A DNA stretch of 64,000 nucleotides, from assembly GCA_028870275.1 (NCBI GenBank), contig JAGWPY010000067.1, positions 1,884-65,883 on the forward strand, read 5' to 3'. Within the stretch, counting starts at the first letter, position 1; each line of letters begins with the position of its first letter. Under the pieces are notes generated by a model. That model had not been told where the DNA came from. It ran no database searches and saw only the letters and a program-made list of their open reading frames with translations. The DNA comes from Gammaproteobacteria bacterium (GTDB lineage: Bacteria > Pseudomonadota > Gammaproteobacteria > Steroidobacterales > Steroidobacteraceae). Of the stretch, positions 9,243-17,983 are shown in pieces. A program made the position numbers and the translations under genes.

Positions 9243-10475
9243 TCAGCCGGGCTCAAGTTGCGCGCGCAATTCCGCGATCGCCTCGCAGCGCCGCCGTCGC
9301 AGCAGCGCGGCGATCGCCGCGCCGTCGAGCGTCGCGGTCTCTGCGGCGCCCGGCCGGACCGAGGTCGCCGCGTCGCGGGCGCGCTGCAGGTATTCCCGTT
9401 GCGGGTAGGCCCGCTCCTCGAAGCCGAGACGCCCACGCGCGTCGGCCTCGCAGGCGATCAACGCGTCGGCGAAGCGCGCGCCACGGCGCAACGCGTCGGC
9501 GCGTTCGAGGAGTTCGAGCACCGTCTCCGGCCGAAGATCGAAGGCGCGATGCGCGAGACCGTGGATGCGCGCCACGATCGCGGCGAGATCCCGGAACTCC
9601 GTCGGTACGCGCAGTCGCGCCGCCAGAGCCGTGATCGCCTCGACGCTGCGCTCCTCGTGGCCGCGGTGACGAGGCCAGGACTCGCGCGGCGTCGAACCCT
9701 TGCCGAGATCGTGGACCAGCGCGGCAAACCGCACTTTGGGATCGCCGCTCAGACGGACCGCCTGGTCGAGCACCATCAGCGTGTGCCGGAACGTATCGAC
9801 CTCGGGGTGCCATTCGATCGGCTGCGGAACCCCGGCCAGAGCGTCGATCTCCGGAAAGATCACGCGTAGCGCGCCGCTCGCGCGCAGTACCCGGAAGAAT
9901 TCGGCGGCCGCCGGTTCGGCGAGCGCCTTGGCGGTTTCCTGCCACACGCGCTCGGGCACGAGCGCATCGACTTCGCCACGCTCGACCATGGCGCGCATCA
10001 ATTCCATGGTCTGCGGCGCCACGCGAAAGCCGAGCGGCGCGAAACGGGCTGCGAAGCGGGCGACGCGCAGCACGCGCACCGGATCCTCGGCGAATGCGGC
10101 CGACACGTGCCGCAAGGTTCGCGAGGCGAGGTCCGCGAGGCCGCCGTAGGGGTCCGTCAGCGTGCCGTCGGCCGAGCGGGCGATCGCGTTGATGGTCAGA
10201 TCGCGACGCTGCAGGTCCTCCTCGAGCGTGACCGTCGGGTCGGATCGGAAACTGAAGCCGTGATAACCGGGGCCGGTCTTGCGCTCGAGGCGCGCGAGCG
10301 CGTATTCCTCGTGCGACTCTGGATGCAGGAAGACCGGGAAATCCCGGCCCACTTCCCGATATCCCAGGGCGAGCAGTTCCTCCCGGGTGGCCCCGACCAC
10401 GACCCAGTCGCGCTCCCGCTCGGGCAGTCCGAGCAGCGCGTCCCGGACTGCGCCGCCAACGAGATACACTTGCAT
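9243..10475 (-). CDS. cca: multifunctional CCA-adding enzyme (tRNA nucleotidyltransferase with HD domain)
   Basis: True start MQVYLVGGAVRDALLGLPERERDWVVVGAT at 10475 (410 aa). HD region ..HDLGKGSTPRESWPRHRGHE. The upstream 153 codons of the track ORF are Arg-rich junk. Confidence 0.92.
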   Translation of the reverse strand: MQVYLVGGAVRDALLGLPERERDWVVVGATREELLALGYREVGRDFPVFLHPESHEEYALARLERKTGPGYHGFSFRSDPTVTLEEDLQRRDLTINAIARSADGTLTDPYGGLADLASRTLRHVSAAFAEDPVRVLRVARFAARFAPLGFRVAPQTMELMRAMVERGEVDALVPERVWQETAKALAEPAAAEFFRVLRASGALRVIFPEIDALAGVPQPIEWHPEVDTFRHTLMVLDQAVRLSGDPKVRFAALVHDLGKGSTPRESWPRHRGHEERSVEAITALAARLRVPTEFRDLAAIVARIHGLAHRAFDLRPETVLELLERADALRRGARFADALIACEADARGRLGFEERAYPQREYLQRARDAATSVRPGAAETATLDGAAIAALLRRRRCEAIAELRAQLEPG

Positions 10476-10492
10476 GCGTGAATGGTAACAGC

Positions 10493-11539
10493 ATGCCGCT
10501 CCGGCTCGGTTCGGCGCTCCTGATCGCCCTGTTCGCGCTGTCGGCGAGCGGCTGCTACGAATTGCAGGCCGCCGCCGGCCAGGCGCGCCTGATGTGGCGG
10601 CGCCGGCCGATCGAGAGCGTGGTCGCGGATCCGGCGACCGCGCCGCCCTTGCGCCGGAAGCTGCGCGAGGTCGGCCAGATCCTCGCGTTCGCGAACCGGG
10701 AGCTCGACCTGCGGGACGGCGGCAGCTATCGCAGTTACGTCGCGCTCGATCGCCCATACGTGGTCTGGAACGTGGTTGCCGCTCCGGTGTTCTCGCTGCG
10801 GCCGAAGCGATGGTGCTATTGGTTCGTCGGTTGCATGGCCTATCGGGGCTACTTCGAGCGGCGGCGGGCCTACGCTCACGCCGCCAGTCTGCGCGCCGAA
10901 GGACTCGATGTCTCGGTACAGGGCGTCGCCGCATATTCGACCCTCGGGCATTTCGACGATCCGGTGTTGAGCAGCATGATGGGCTGGAGCGACGTCGATC
11001 TCGCCGCGATCGTCTTCCACGAACTCACCCATCGGCGTCTGTTCGTGGCCAACGACACGGCGTTCGACGAAGGGCTGGCAACCTTCGTCGAACGAGAGGG
11101 CGTGCGCCGCTGGCTGCTCGCCGGGGGACGAGGACCGGACCTTAAGGCGTTCGAGCGTGAGCAGCGCCGATATGCGCGGGTCTACGCGCTGATCCGCGCG
11201 ACCCGGGTGGCGCTCGCCAGAACCTATGCCGCGCCGTTGCCGGCGCCGCAGAAGCTCGCGCAGAAGCGCACCGAGTTCGCGGCGCTGCGCGCGGCCTATG
11301 CGAAACTCGCGGCGTCCTGGGGAACGGCGGCGCCGTTTGCCGGCTGGTTCCGGGACGACCTCAACAACGCCGACCTGGCCTCGGTCGCCACCTACGAACG
11401 CTGCGTACCGGGTTTCGCACGGGAATTCGCCGCTGCCGACCGGCGCTTTCCGGCGTTCTTCCGCCGCGTGCGGGCACTCGCCGCGCTGCCGCGCGCGCGG
11501 CGCGATGCCGTCGTCTGCGTGCAGGCGCCGGCGGTCTAG
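10493..11539 (+). CDS. predicted zinc aminopeptidase lipoprotein (DUF2265 family)
   Basis: MPLRLGSALLIALFALSASGC lipobox; HELTH metal motif; ..YSTLGHFDDPVL... ATG 10493 preferred over GTG 10478. Confidence 0.75.
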   Translation: MPLRLGSALLIALFALSASGCYELQAAAGQARLMWRRRPIESVVADPATAPPLRRKLREVGQILAFANRELDLRDGGSYRSYVALDRPYVVWNVVAAPVFSLRPKRWCYWFVGCMAYRGYFERRRAYAHAASLRAEGLDVSVQGVAAYSTLGHFDDPVLSSMMGWSDVDLAAIVFHELTHRRLFVANDTAFDEGLATFVEREGVRRWLLAGGRGPDLKAFEREQRRYARVYALIRATRVALARTYAAPLPAPQKLAQKRTEFAALRAAYAKLAASWGTAAPFAGWFRDDLNNADLASVATYERCVPGFAREFAAADRRFPAFFRRVRALAALPRARRDAVVCVQAPAV

Positions 11540-12495
11540 AGTTCACGCCCCGCGCGTCGCCGGTAGTCGCCGAGGCGTCGATGCGCGGCGCAAGCGCCGA
11601 GGTAGAGCTGGGCCATGCCGTCCATCGGCCGCGGCGCGAAGCCGAGCCGGCCGAAGCCGTCGTCGTGGCAGACGCTGTCGACCGTGAGCGACCGGAAATT
11701 GTCCGTGGAGAACGGCCGGCCCGGTACGAAGTCCATCGCCAGTGCCTGCATGCGTGAGGCCCAGCGCGGCAACGGCAGGACGCGCCGCCGCAGACCGACC
11801 GCCGCCGCCACGAATTCGACGATCTCACCGAGGCGGTAGACCCGCGGCCCGCCGAGTTCGTAGACCCGGTGAGCCGCAGCGCGCCCCTCGACTCCGGCCG
11901 CGAGCGCCTCGACCACGTCATCGACGAACACCGGCTGCATGCGCGCATCGGCCATGGCGAGAGGGAAGACGAACGGCACCGCCGCGAGCAGCGCCGCGAA
12001 ACGATTGAGGAACGAGTCCCCTGGCCCGAAGATCACCGAGGGGCGGAAGATGCTCCAGCCGAGATCTTCGCAGGACTCGCGTACCAGCCGCTCGGCTGCG
12101 CCCTTGCTGCGCAGATAGTGGCTCGGGCCATCCTCGGCCGCGCCGAGCGCGGAGACCTGCAGGTAGCGCCGCGCGCCCACCGATCGGCAGGCCTCGAGCG
12201 CCGCACGCGTGAGCTCGACGTGCGCGCGCCGGAAGCCTTCGCCGCCGAAGCCGCGCTCGTTGAGGATGCCGACGAGATTCACGATCGCCGAGTGACCGCG
12301 CATGGCGGCCGCGAGCTGGGCGGGGTCGTGGACGGCGCAGTTGCGGACCTCGACCCCGGGCAGGACCCGCAACGAGGGATGCGCCTCGAGGTCGCGCGAG
12401 AGAACCGTGACGCCATGACCGGTTCGCGACAGTCGCGCGGCGAGGCGGCTGCCGACGAAGCCGGTGCCGCCGAGAATGCAGACCCGCTCGCTCAC
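11536..12495 (-). CDS. NAD(P)-binding epimerase/dehydratase-like protein (NDUFA9-like SDR)
   Basis: MSERVCILGGTGFVGSRLAARL Rossmann motif, 319 aa. Confidence 0.8.
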   Translation of the reverse strand: MSERVCILGGTGFVGSRLAARLSRTGHGVTVLSRDLEAHPSLRVLPGVEVRNCAVHDPAQLAAAMRGHSAIVNLVGILNERGFGGEGFRRAHVELTRAALEACRSVGARRYLQVSALGAAEDGPSHYLRSKGAAERLVRESCEDLGWSIFRPSVIFGPGDSFLNRFAALLAAVPFVFPLAMADARMQPVFVDDVVEALAAGVEGRAAAHRVYELGGPRVYRLGEIVEFVAAAVGLRRRVLPLPRWASRMQALAMDFVPGRPFSTDNFRSLTVDSVCHDDGFGRLGFAPRPMDGMAQLYLGACAAHRRLGDYRRRAGREL

Positions 12496-12501
12496 CGCCG
12501 A

Positions 12502-13881
12502 TCAGCGCAGCGGGATCAGCATCACCGCGGTTCCGCGGCGCACCTTGAGCATCAGGAAGGTCGCGCCCTTGGCGAGAGTGCGCAGCGACTTCGTGTCGGT
12601 CACCGCCTCGCGGCCCACGCCGATGATCAGATCGTTCGCGCGCAGCCCGGACTGGGCCGCCGCGCTCCCGTCCTGGATCGCCTTGACCAGCACACCACCT
12701 GCGCCCGGCGCGTCGGCGAGCTCGGCGCCGTCGAGCGCCTTGTTGATGATGCCGGCGTTGGCGGTCTCGACATCGGTCTGCCCGCCGATGGTCGCGGTCA
12801 GGCGATGGCGCTGGCCGTCGCGCAGCAGGTCGATGCGCACCGTCGAACCCACGCGCAGCATGCCGATGGCATTGCGCAGTTCGCCCGCGCTGGTGACCTT
12901 GCCGCCGTTCAGGGCGACGATGACGTCGCCGGTCTTGATGCCCGCCTTGTCGGCGGCCGACCCCTGGATCACGCCGGCGACGAGAGCGCCGCTGGTCTCG
13001 TGGAGGCCGAACTCCTTGGCGATCTCCGGCGTGACGTCGTAAATATTGACGCCCAGCACGCCGCGCTTGACCTCACCATAGCGGATCAGCTGCGCCATCA
13101 CGCTCTTGACCATGTCCACGGGTATCGCGAAGCCGATGCCGATGTTGCCGCCGCTGCGCGAGAGGATCGCGGAATTGATGCCGACCAGCTCACCGCGCAG
13201 GTTGACGAGCGCGCCGCCGGAATTGCCGGGATTGATCGAAGCGTCGGTCTGAATGAAATCCTCGTAGCCTTCCGGGTTGATGCCCGAGCGGCCCAGGGCG
13301 CTGACGATGCCCGCGGTCACGGTATGTTGCAGGCCGAACGGGTTGCCGATCGCAAGCACGTAGTCGCCGACCTGGAGCCGGCTGGAGTCGCCGAGCGGCA
13401 TGGCCACGAGGTTCGGCTGCCTGGCCTGCAGCAGCGCGAGGTCCGATCCCTGGTCGGTGCCGATGATCTTCGCGGGGAAGGTGCGGTTGTCGAGCAGCGT
13501 GACCGTGATTTCGTCGGCGTTCTCCACGACGTGGTAGTTCGTGACGATATAGCCGTTCTGGGCGTCGACGATCACACCCGAGCCGGCGCTGCGGAACTGT
13601 CGTTCCCGTGGGGCAGCGTCCGGGGGCACGTCGAAGAATCGGCGAAAGAACGGATCGTCGAGCAGCGGATTACGCTGACCGGCGCTCGCCTTGATGGTGC
13701 CGCGGGTGGCGATGTTCACGACCGCGGGCGAGGCACGTTTGACCACCGGAGCGAGCGAGGGAAGAGGAGCGAGCTCCCGCTGGGAGGATCCGGCGAGGGC
13801 GGGTACCGCCGCGGGGGCGAGCGACACGAGCGCTGCGAGCGCGAAGCCCGCCAGTCTTGGACGCAGGTTCATGCGAAGCAC
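12502..13881 (-). CDS. degP: Do/DegP-family periplasmic serine endoprotease with two PDZ domains
   Basis: Signal peptide, ..TNYHVV.., DLALL, GNSGGALVNLRGELVGINSA catalytic Ser motif, 459 aa. Confidence 0.9.
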   Translation of the reverse strand: MLRMNLRPRLAGFALAALVSLAPAAVPALAGSSQRELAPLPSLAPVVKRASPAVVNIATRGTIKASAGQRNPLLDDPFFRRFFDVPPDAAPRERQFRSAGSGVIVDAQNGYIVTNYHVVENADEITVTLLDNRTFPAKIIGTDQGSDLALLQARQPNLVAMPLGDSSRLQVGDYVLAIGNPFGLQHTVTAGIVSALGRSGINPEGYEDFIQTDASINPGNSGGALVNLRGELVGINSAILSRSGGNIGIGFAIPVDMVKSVMAQLIRYGEVKRGVLGVNIYDVTPEIAKEFGLHETSGALVAGVIQGSAADKAGIKTGDVIVALNGGKVTSAGELRNAIGMLRVGSTVRIDLLRDGQRHRLTATIGGQTDVETANAGIINKALDGAELADAPGAGGVLVKAIQDGSAAAQSGLRANDLIIGVGREAVTDTKSLRTLAKGATFLMLKVRRGTAVMLIPLR

Positions 13882-13970
13882 ACTCCAGTATCGGTCGAGT
13901 CGACCGGCCGCTCGGTTGGATGATGGCGGCGAGGCGGGGGAGCGAAGCCCTCTCGATGCCGGCGAAGCGC

Positions 13971-13996
13971 GGGCCGGACGGCGATCCGTCCGGCCC
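13971..13996 (-). terminator. hairpin downstream of hsp20
   Basis: GGGCCGGACGG-CGAT-CCGTCCGGCCC, perfect 11-bp stem and 4-nt loop, 72 nt past the hsp20 stop; no U-tract. Confidence 0.5.
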
Positions 13997-14067
13997 GCAC
14001 GGCCAATTCACCTACCATCGGATCTTACACGGAAGCTCGCCGGGGGGCAGGCGAACGACCTTCCGGC

Positions 14068-14499
14068 TCAGGCCGCTTCGACGGTGATCCGTTGCGGCTG
14101 CACCTGGGCAAGCTTCGGAATCGAGATCTCGAGCACGCCATGCGAGGCCTTCGCCCGGATGCCCTGGGCATCGGCGGACTCCGGCAGGCTGAAGCGCCGC
14201 TCGAACTCTCCCTTGATGCGCTCGACCCGGCGATAGCCTTCGGCGCTTTCGCGCTGCGTTTCCTCGCGGCGGCCGCGGATCGTGAGCACGCCCTGCTCGG
14301 AGGTGATCTCGACGGCCTTGGGATCGACGCCCGGCAGGTCCACGTAGACCAGGTAGCGACCGCTCTCCTCGTGAATGTCCACCGGGGGCAGCCATGCGCC
14401 GGAGTCGGCCGCGGTCGCGATCGGCGCGCCGAACAGGCGGTCGATGTCCTTCTGCAGTCGGTTCACCAGAGCCCAGGGCTCGTAACGTACGACGGTCAT
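14068..14499 (-). CDS. Hsp20/alpha-crystallin small heat-shock protein
   Basis: 143 aa, ..PPVDIHEESGRYLVYVDLPGVDPKAVEI..GVLTIRGRR..GEFERRFSLP..GVLEISIPK. RBS GAGGAGG lies 8 nt upstream. Confidence 0.92.
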   Translation of the reverse strand: MTVVRYEPWALVNRLQKDIDRLFGAPIATAADSGAWLPPVDIHEESGRYLVYVDLPGVDPKAVEITSEQGVLTIRGRREETQRESAEGYRRVERIKGEFERRFSLPESADAQGIRAKASHGVLEISIPKLAQVQPQRITVEAA

Positions 14500-14548
14500 C
14501 GGTAATACCTCCTCGGTTGAAATGCAGATCGACTCTGCTTGCTGCCGG

Positions 14549-14575
14549 AGATAGGGCTCGCCGTTTGGATTTCAA
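14549..14575 (-). promoter_or_regulatory. sigma32 (RpoH)-type heat-shock promoter for hsp20
   Basis: Minus strand reads TTGAAA-N13-CCCTATCT, versus the consensus TTGAAA-N13/14-CCCCATNT. Lies about 50 nt upstream of the hsp20 ATG. Confidence 0.6.
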
Positions 14576-14646
14576 CGGGGCGGAGAATGCGCGCGAAGGC
14601 GCTGCGGGTCGCGCCCCACCGGGGAATGGGATCGGGGACGAGGAGG

Positions 14647-14662
14647 ACACAATATATTGAGG
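14647..14662 (+). promoter_or_regulatory. NrdR-box candidate (distal)
   Basis: ACACAATATATTGAGG matches 14/16 positions of the NrdR box acaCwAtATaTwGtgt. Confidence 0.45.
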
Positions 14663-14823
14663 TCGAAGCCGCGGGCACTTGACCCGAGGAATTAAAAATG
14701 CAATACCGCGAAATCTCAGAAACAATTTATAACGTATTGTTTTTTATGAATAAAAACCGGTGAATTTCGTGTCATAATTCGCTTGACGCGACTCGCCGCC
14801 GAGACTTACCCTTTGCTCCCCAA

Positions 14824-14839
14824 TCACAAGATCTAGTGT
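14824..14839 (+). promoter_or_regulatory. NrdR-box candidate (proximal to nrdJ)
   Basis: TCACAAGATCTAGTGT matches 13/16 positions of the NrdR box; 133 nt upstream of the probable nrdJa ATG. Confidence 0.45.
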
Positions 14840-14971
14840 TCGGCCGGTACCGCGTGCGGTGACCCTCGAGGTCCTTCCGCCACGCGGACCGGCATCGGAC
14901 CTTCGGGAGTGTTCGATGTGGTCTCGGAAGGTGAAAGTCGCCCGATACACGACGGAGCAGAAGCCACGCCC

Positions 14972-17119
14972 ATGAATACAGTGGTCAAGATACAACCCAA
15001 GGACGTCGCCAGCATTGCCTTCCAGGAGGCCTCGCTCGACATCTGGGACAAGAAATACCGGCTCACCGCGAAGGATGGATCGCCGATCGATCAGTCGATG
15101 GACGAGACCTATCAGCGCGTCGCCCGGGCGCTCGCCGACGTCGAGCCCGAGAGTTCGCGCACCCACTGGTACGAGTCGTTCCTCTGGGCCTTGCGGCACG
15201 GCGCGATCCCCGCGGGTCGGGTGACCTCCAACGCCGGCTCGCTCGAACACAAGCCGGCCACCTCGACGATCAACTGCACCGTGTCGGGGACGATCCGCGA
15301 CTCGATGGACGACATCCTCAACAAGGTCCACGAGGCCGGACTCACGCTCAAGGCGGGCTGCGGGATCGGCTACGAATTCTCCACTCTGAGACCGCGTGGC
15401 GCCTATGTCTCGGGCGCGGGCGCCTACACGTCCGGACCGCTGTCCTTCATGGACATCTACGACAAGATGTGTTTTACGGTGTCCTCGGCCGGCGGCCGCC
15501 GCGGCGCCCAGATGGGCACGTTCGACATCGGCCACCCGGACGTGCTCGAGTTCATCCGTGCGAAGCGGGAGAACGGCCGGCTGCGACAGTTCAATCTGTC
15601 GCTGCTGATCACCGACGAATTCATGAAGGCGGTGCAGAACGACGCCGACTGGCGTCTCGCCTTCCCGTTGAGCCAGCGCGAATTCGACGTCGACCGGCCT
15701 GATGTTCACGACCGGGCGAACTTCGTCTGGCGCGAATGGCCGTATCCGGGCGAATACGTCACCAACGAGGAAGGGCTGGTTGCCTGCAGGGTGTACAAGA
15801 CGCTGCCGGCGCGCCGGGTCTGGGACCTGATCATGTCCTCGACCTACGACTTCGCCGAACCGGGATTCATCCTGATCGACCGGGTCAACGAGATGAACAA
15901 CAATTGGTGGACGGAGAGCATCCGTGCGACCAATCCCTGCGGCGAACAGCCGCTGCCTCCCTACGGTTCCTGCCTGCTCGGTTCGGTGAACCTGACGAAG
16001 TTCGTGGTCGATCCGTTCACCGAGAACGCGCGGTTCGACTGGGAGACCTATCGCAAGGTCGTCAAGATCTTCACGCGCATGCTCGACAACGTGGTCGAGA
16101 TCAACGGTCTGCCGCTCGCGCAGCAACGCGACGAGATCATGCGCAAGCGGCGGCACGGCATGGGATTCCTCGGGCTCGGTTCGACGATCACGATGCTGTG
16201 CATGAAATACGGATCGCGCAAGTCGGTCGCGTTCACGCAGAATGTCTCGCGCGAAATGGCGATCGCCGGCTGGGAGGCGGGACTGGAGCTCGCGCGCGAG
16301 AAGGGTCCCGCGCCGATCATGACCGAAGAGTTCACCGTCACCGCGGATATGTTGCGCAAGCGGCCGGAAATGGCGAGGGACGGCTGGCGCGTCGGAGCGA
16401 AGATTCCGGGGCGCGTGCTGCATGCACGTTACAGCCGCTACATGCAGCGCATCGCCGAGGCGGCGCCCGAGCTGGTCGACGAGCTCGCCGAAGTGGGTGC
16501 CCGCTTCACCCACCACACATCGATCGCGCCGACCGGCACCATCTCGCTGTCGCTCGCCAACAACGCGTCGAACGGGATCGAGCCCTCGTTCGCGCATCAT
16601 TATTTCCGCAACGTGATCCGTGAAGGCAAGAAGTCGAAGGAGAAGATCGACGTGTTCTCCTTCGAGTTGCTCGCCTACCGCGAGCTGGTCAATCCGCGGG
16701 CGATGCCCAACTCGCAGAACGCCGCTGAGCGCTTGCCGGAGTACTTCGTTTCCGCCGACGACATCGGGCCGCGCGAGCACGTCGACATCCAGGCGGCTGC
16801 GCAGATCTGGGTCGACTCCTCGATCTCGAAGACGGCGAACGTGCCGACCGACTACAAGTACGAGGACTTCAAGGACATCTACATGTACGCCTACGAGCAA
16901 GGGCTCAAGGGCTGCACGACCTTCCGCTTCAATCCGGAAGCGTTCCAGGGCGTTCTCGTGAAGGAGGACGACCTCAAGAACACCACCTATGTCTTCACGC
17001 TCGAGGATGGCAGCGAGGTCGAGGCGCGCGGCGACCAGGAAATCGAATATGACGGCGAGACACACACGGCCGCCAACCTGTTCGACGCTCTCAAGGAAGG
17101 CTACTACGGGAAGTTCTGA
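14972..17119 (+). CDS. nrdJ: class II (adenosylcobalamin-dependent) ribonucleotide reductase, large fragment NrdJa
   Basis: ..NPCGEQPLPPYGSCLLGSVNL.. active-site motif and ..ISKTANVP... Track ORF begins at 14909; MNTVVKIQPK at 14972 is the more likely start. Confidence 0.92.
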   Translation: MNTVVKIQPKDVASIAFQEASLDIWDKKYRLTAKDGSPIDQSMDETYQRVARALADVEPESSRTHWYESFLWALRHGAIPAGRVTSNAGSLEHKPATSTINCTVSGTIRDSMDDILNKVHEAGLTLKAGCGIGYEFSTLRPRGAYVSGAGAYTSGPLSFMDIYDKMCFTVSSAGGRRGAQMGTFDIGHPDVLEFIRAKRENGRLRQFNLSLLITDEFMKAVQNDADWRLAFPLSQREFDVDRPDVHDRANFVWREWPYPGEYVTNEEGLVACRVYKTLPARRVWDLIMSSTYDFAEPGFILIDRVNEMNNNWWTESIRATNPCGEQPLPPYGSCLLGSVNLTKFVVDPFTENARFDWETYRKVVKIFTRMLDNVVEINGLPLAQQRDEIMRKRRHGMGFLGLGSTITMLCMKYGSRKSVAFTQNVSREMAIAGWEAGLELAREKGPAPIMTEEFTVTADMLRKRPEMARDGWRVGAKIPGRVLHARYSRYMQRIAEAAPELVDELAEVGARFTHHTSIAPTGTISLSLANNASNGIEPSFAHHYFRNVIREGKKSKEKIDVFSFELLAYRELVNPRAMPNSQNAAERLPEYFVSADDIGPREHVDIQAAAQIWVDSSISKTANVPTDYKYEDFKDIYMYAYEQGLKGCTTFRFNPEAFQGVLVKEDDLKNTTYVFTLEDGSEVEARGDQEIEYDGETHTAANLFDALKEGYYGKF

Positions 17120-17120
17120 A

Positions 17121-17825
17121 ATGGCGCACCTCAAGATCGACAAGAAAATCACCAAGTATCGCGTTCGCAAGGCCGAGACCGAGGAGGCGGCGAAGTCCGC
17201 GCCGAAGGAGCCCGCCAAGCCCCAGGACAACGTGATCTGGATGCACGAGAAGCTCGAGCGGCCGGAGGTGCTGATCGGCTCGACCTACAAGATCAAGACT
17301 CCGGTGTCCGATCATGCGATGTACGTGACGATCAACGACATCATCCTGAACGAGGGGACTGCGCACGAACAGCGGCGGCCGTTCGAAGTCTTCATCAACT
17401 CGAAGAACCTGGATCACTTCCAGTGGATCGTGGCGCTCACCCGGGTCATTTCCGCCGTATTTCGCAAAGGCGGCGACACGACTTTCCTGGTCGATGAGCT
17501 GAAGGCGGTGTTCGATCCTCGCGGCGGCTACTGGCAGCCGGGGGGCAAGTACATGCCCTCGACGATCGCCGAACTCGGCCACGTGATCGAGCGTCACCTG
17601 CAGTCGATCGGCTTGCTGAAGAAGCCGGGCCTCGACGAACATCAACGCAAGCTCGTCGACGAGAAGCGGGCGGAATTCGAGGCGCGAACCAAGCAGACCG
17701 ACGCGTTCTCCAAATCGGTGTTCCCGGAGGGCGCGCAGCTGTGCTCGAAGTGCAATACCGCCGCCGTGGTGATGATGGACGGATGCACGACCTGTCTGAA
17801 CTGCGGCGATTCGAAGTGCGGCTGA
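17121..17825 (+). CDS. nrdJb: class II ribonucleotide reductase, C-terminal fragment NrdJb
   Basis: ATG lies 1 nt after the nrdJa TGA, in another frame. MAHLKIDKK.., 234 aa, ending with Cys cluster CSKCNTAAVVMMDGCTTCLNCGDSKCG typical of the class II RNR tail. Confidence 0.85.
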   Translation: MAHLKIDKKITKYRVRKAETEEAAKSAPKEPAKPQDNVIWMHEKLERPEVLIGSTYKIKTPVSDHAMYVTINDIILNEGTAHEQRRPFEVFINSKNLDHFQWIVALTRVISAVFRKGGDTTFLVDELKAVFDPRGGYWQPGGKYMPSTIAELGHVIERHLQSIGLLKKPGLDEHQRKLVDEKRAEFEARTKQTDAFSKSVFPEGAQLCSKCNTAAVVMMDGCTTCLNCGDSKCG

Positions 17826-17983
17826 GCGACCGCCCACCGCTGCCTTAGCGCCTCCGGAAGGACGGCCCGCGGCCCGCATTTGGGGTCCGACGTCCCCCAG
17901 CGTGTCATACAACTGTCACGAATCCGTAGTATCTATGTCGCGCGCGGCCGACGCGTCGTCTCCATCAACTATGGGATTCGCAC

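Noticed and set aside
7477-13923. Other long shadow ORFs (7477-9210 -, 8499-9869 +, 11869-13923 +)
   Set aside because: Each lies opposite, or out of frame with, a gene that has clear family motifs (MidA-like methyltransferase, cca, NDUFA9-like protein, DegP).
14845-14971. Possible cobalamin riboswitch in the nrdJ 5' leader (GGAAGGTGAAAGTC resembles part of the B12 core)
   Set aside because: I found no B12 box or pairing partners, and the leader is too short. B12 riboswitches normally repress B12-independent isozymes, not NrdJ. An Infernal scan would settle it.
14744-17230. 828-aa minus-strand ORF
   Set aside because: Exactly antisense to nrdJa, and its translation has no recognisable motifs. 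Typical antisense shadow.
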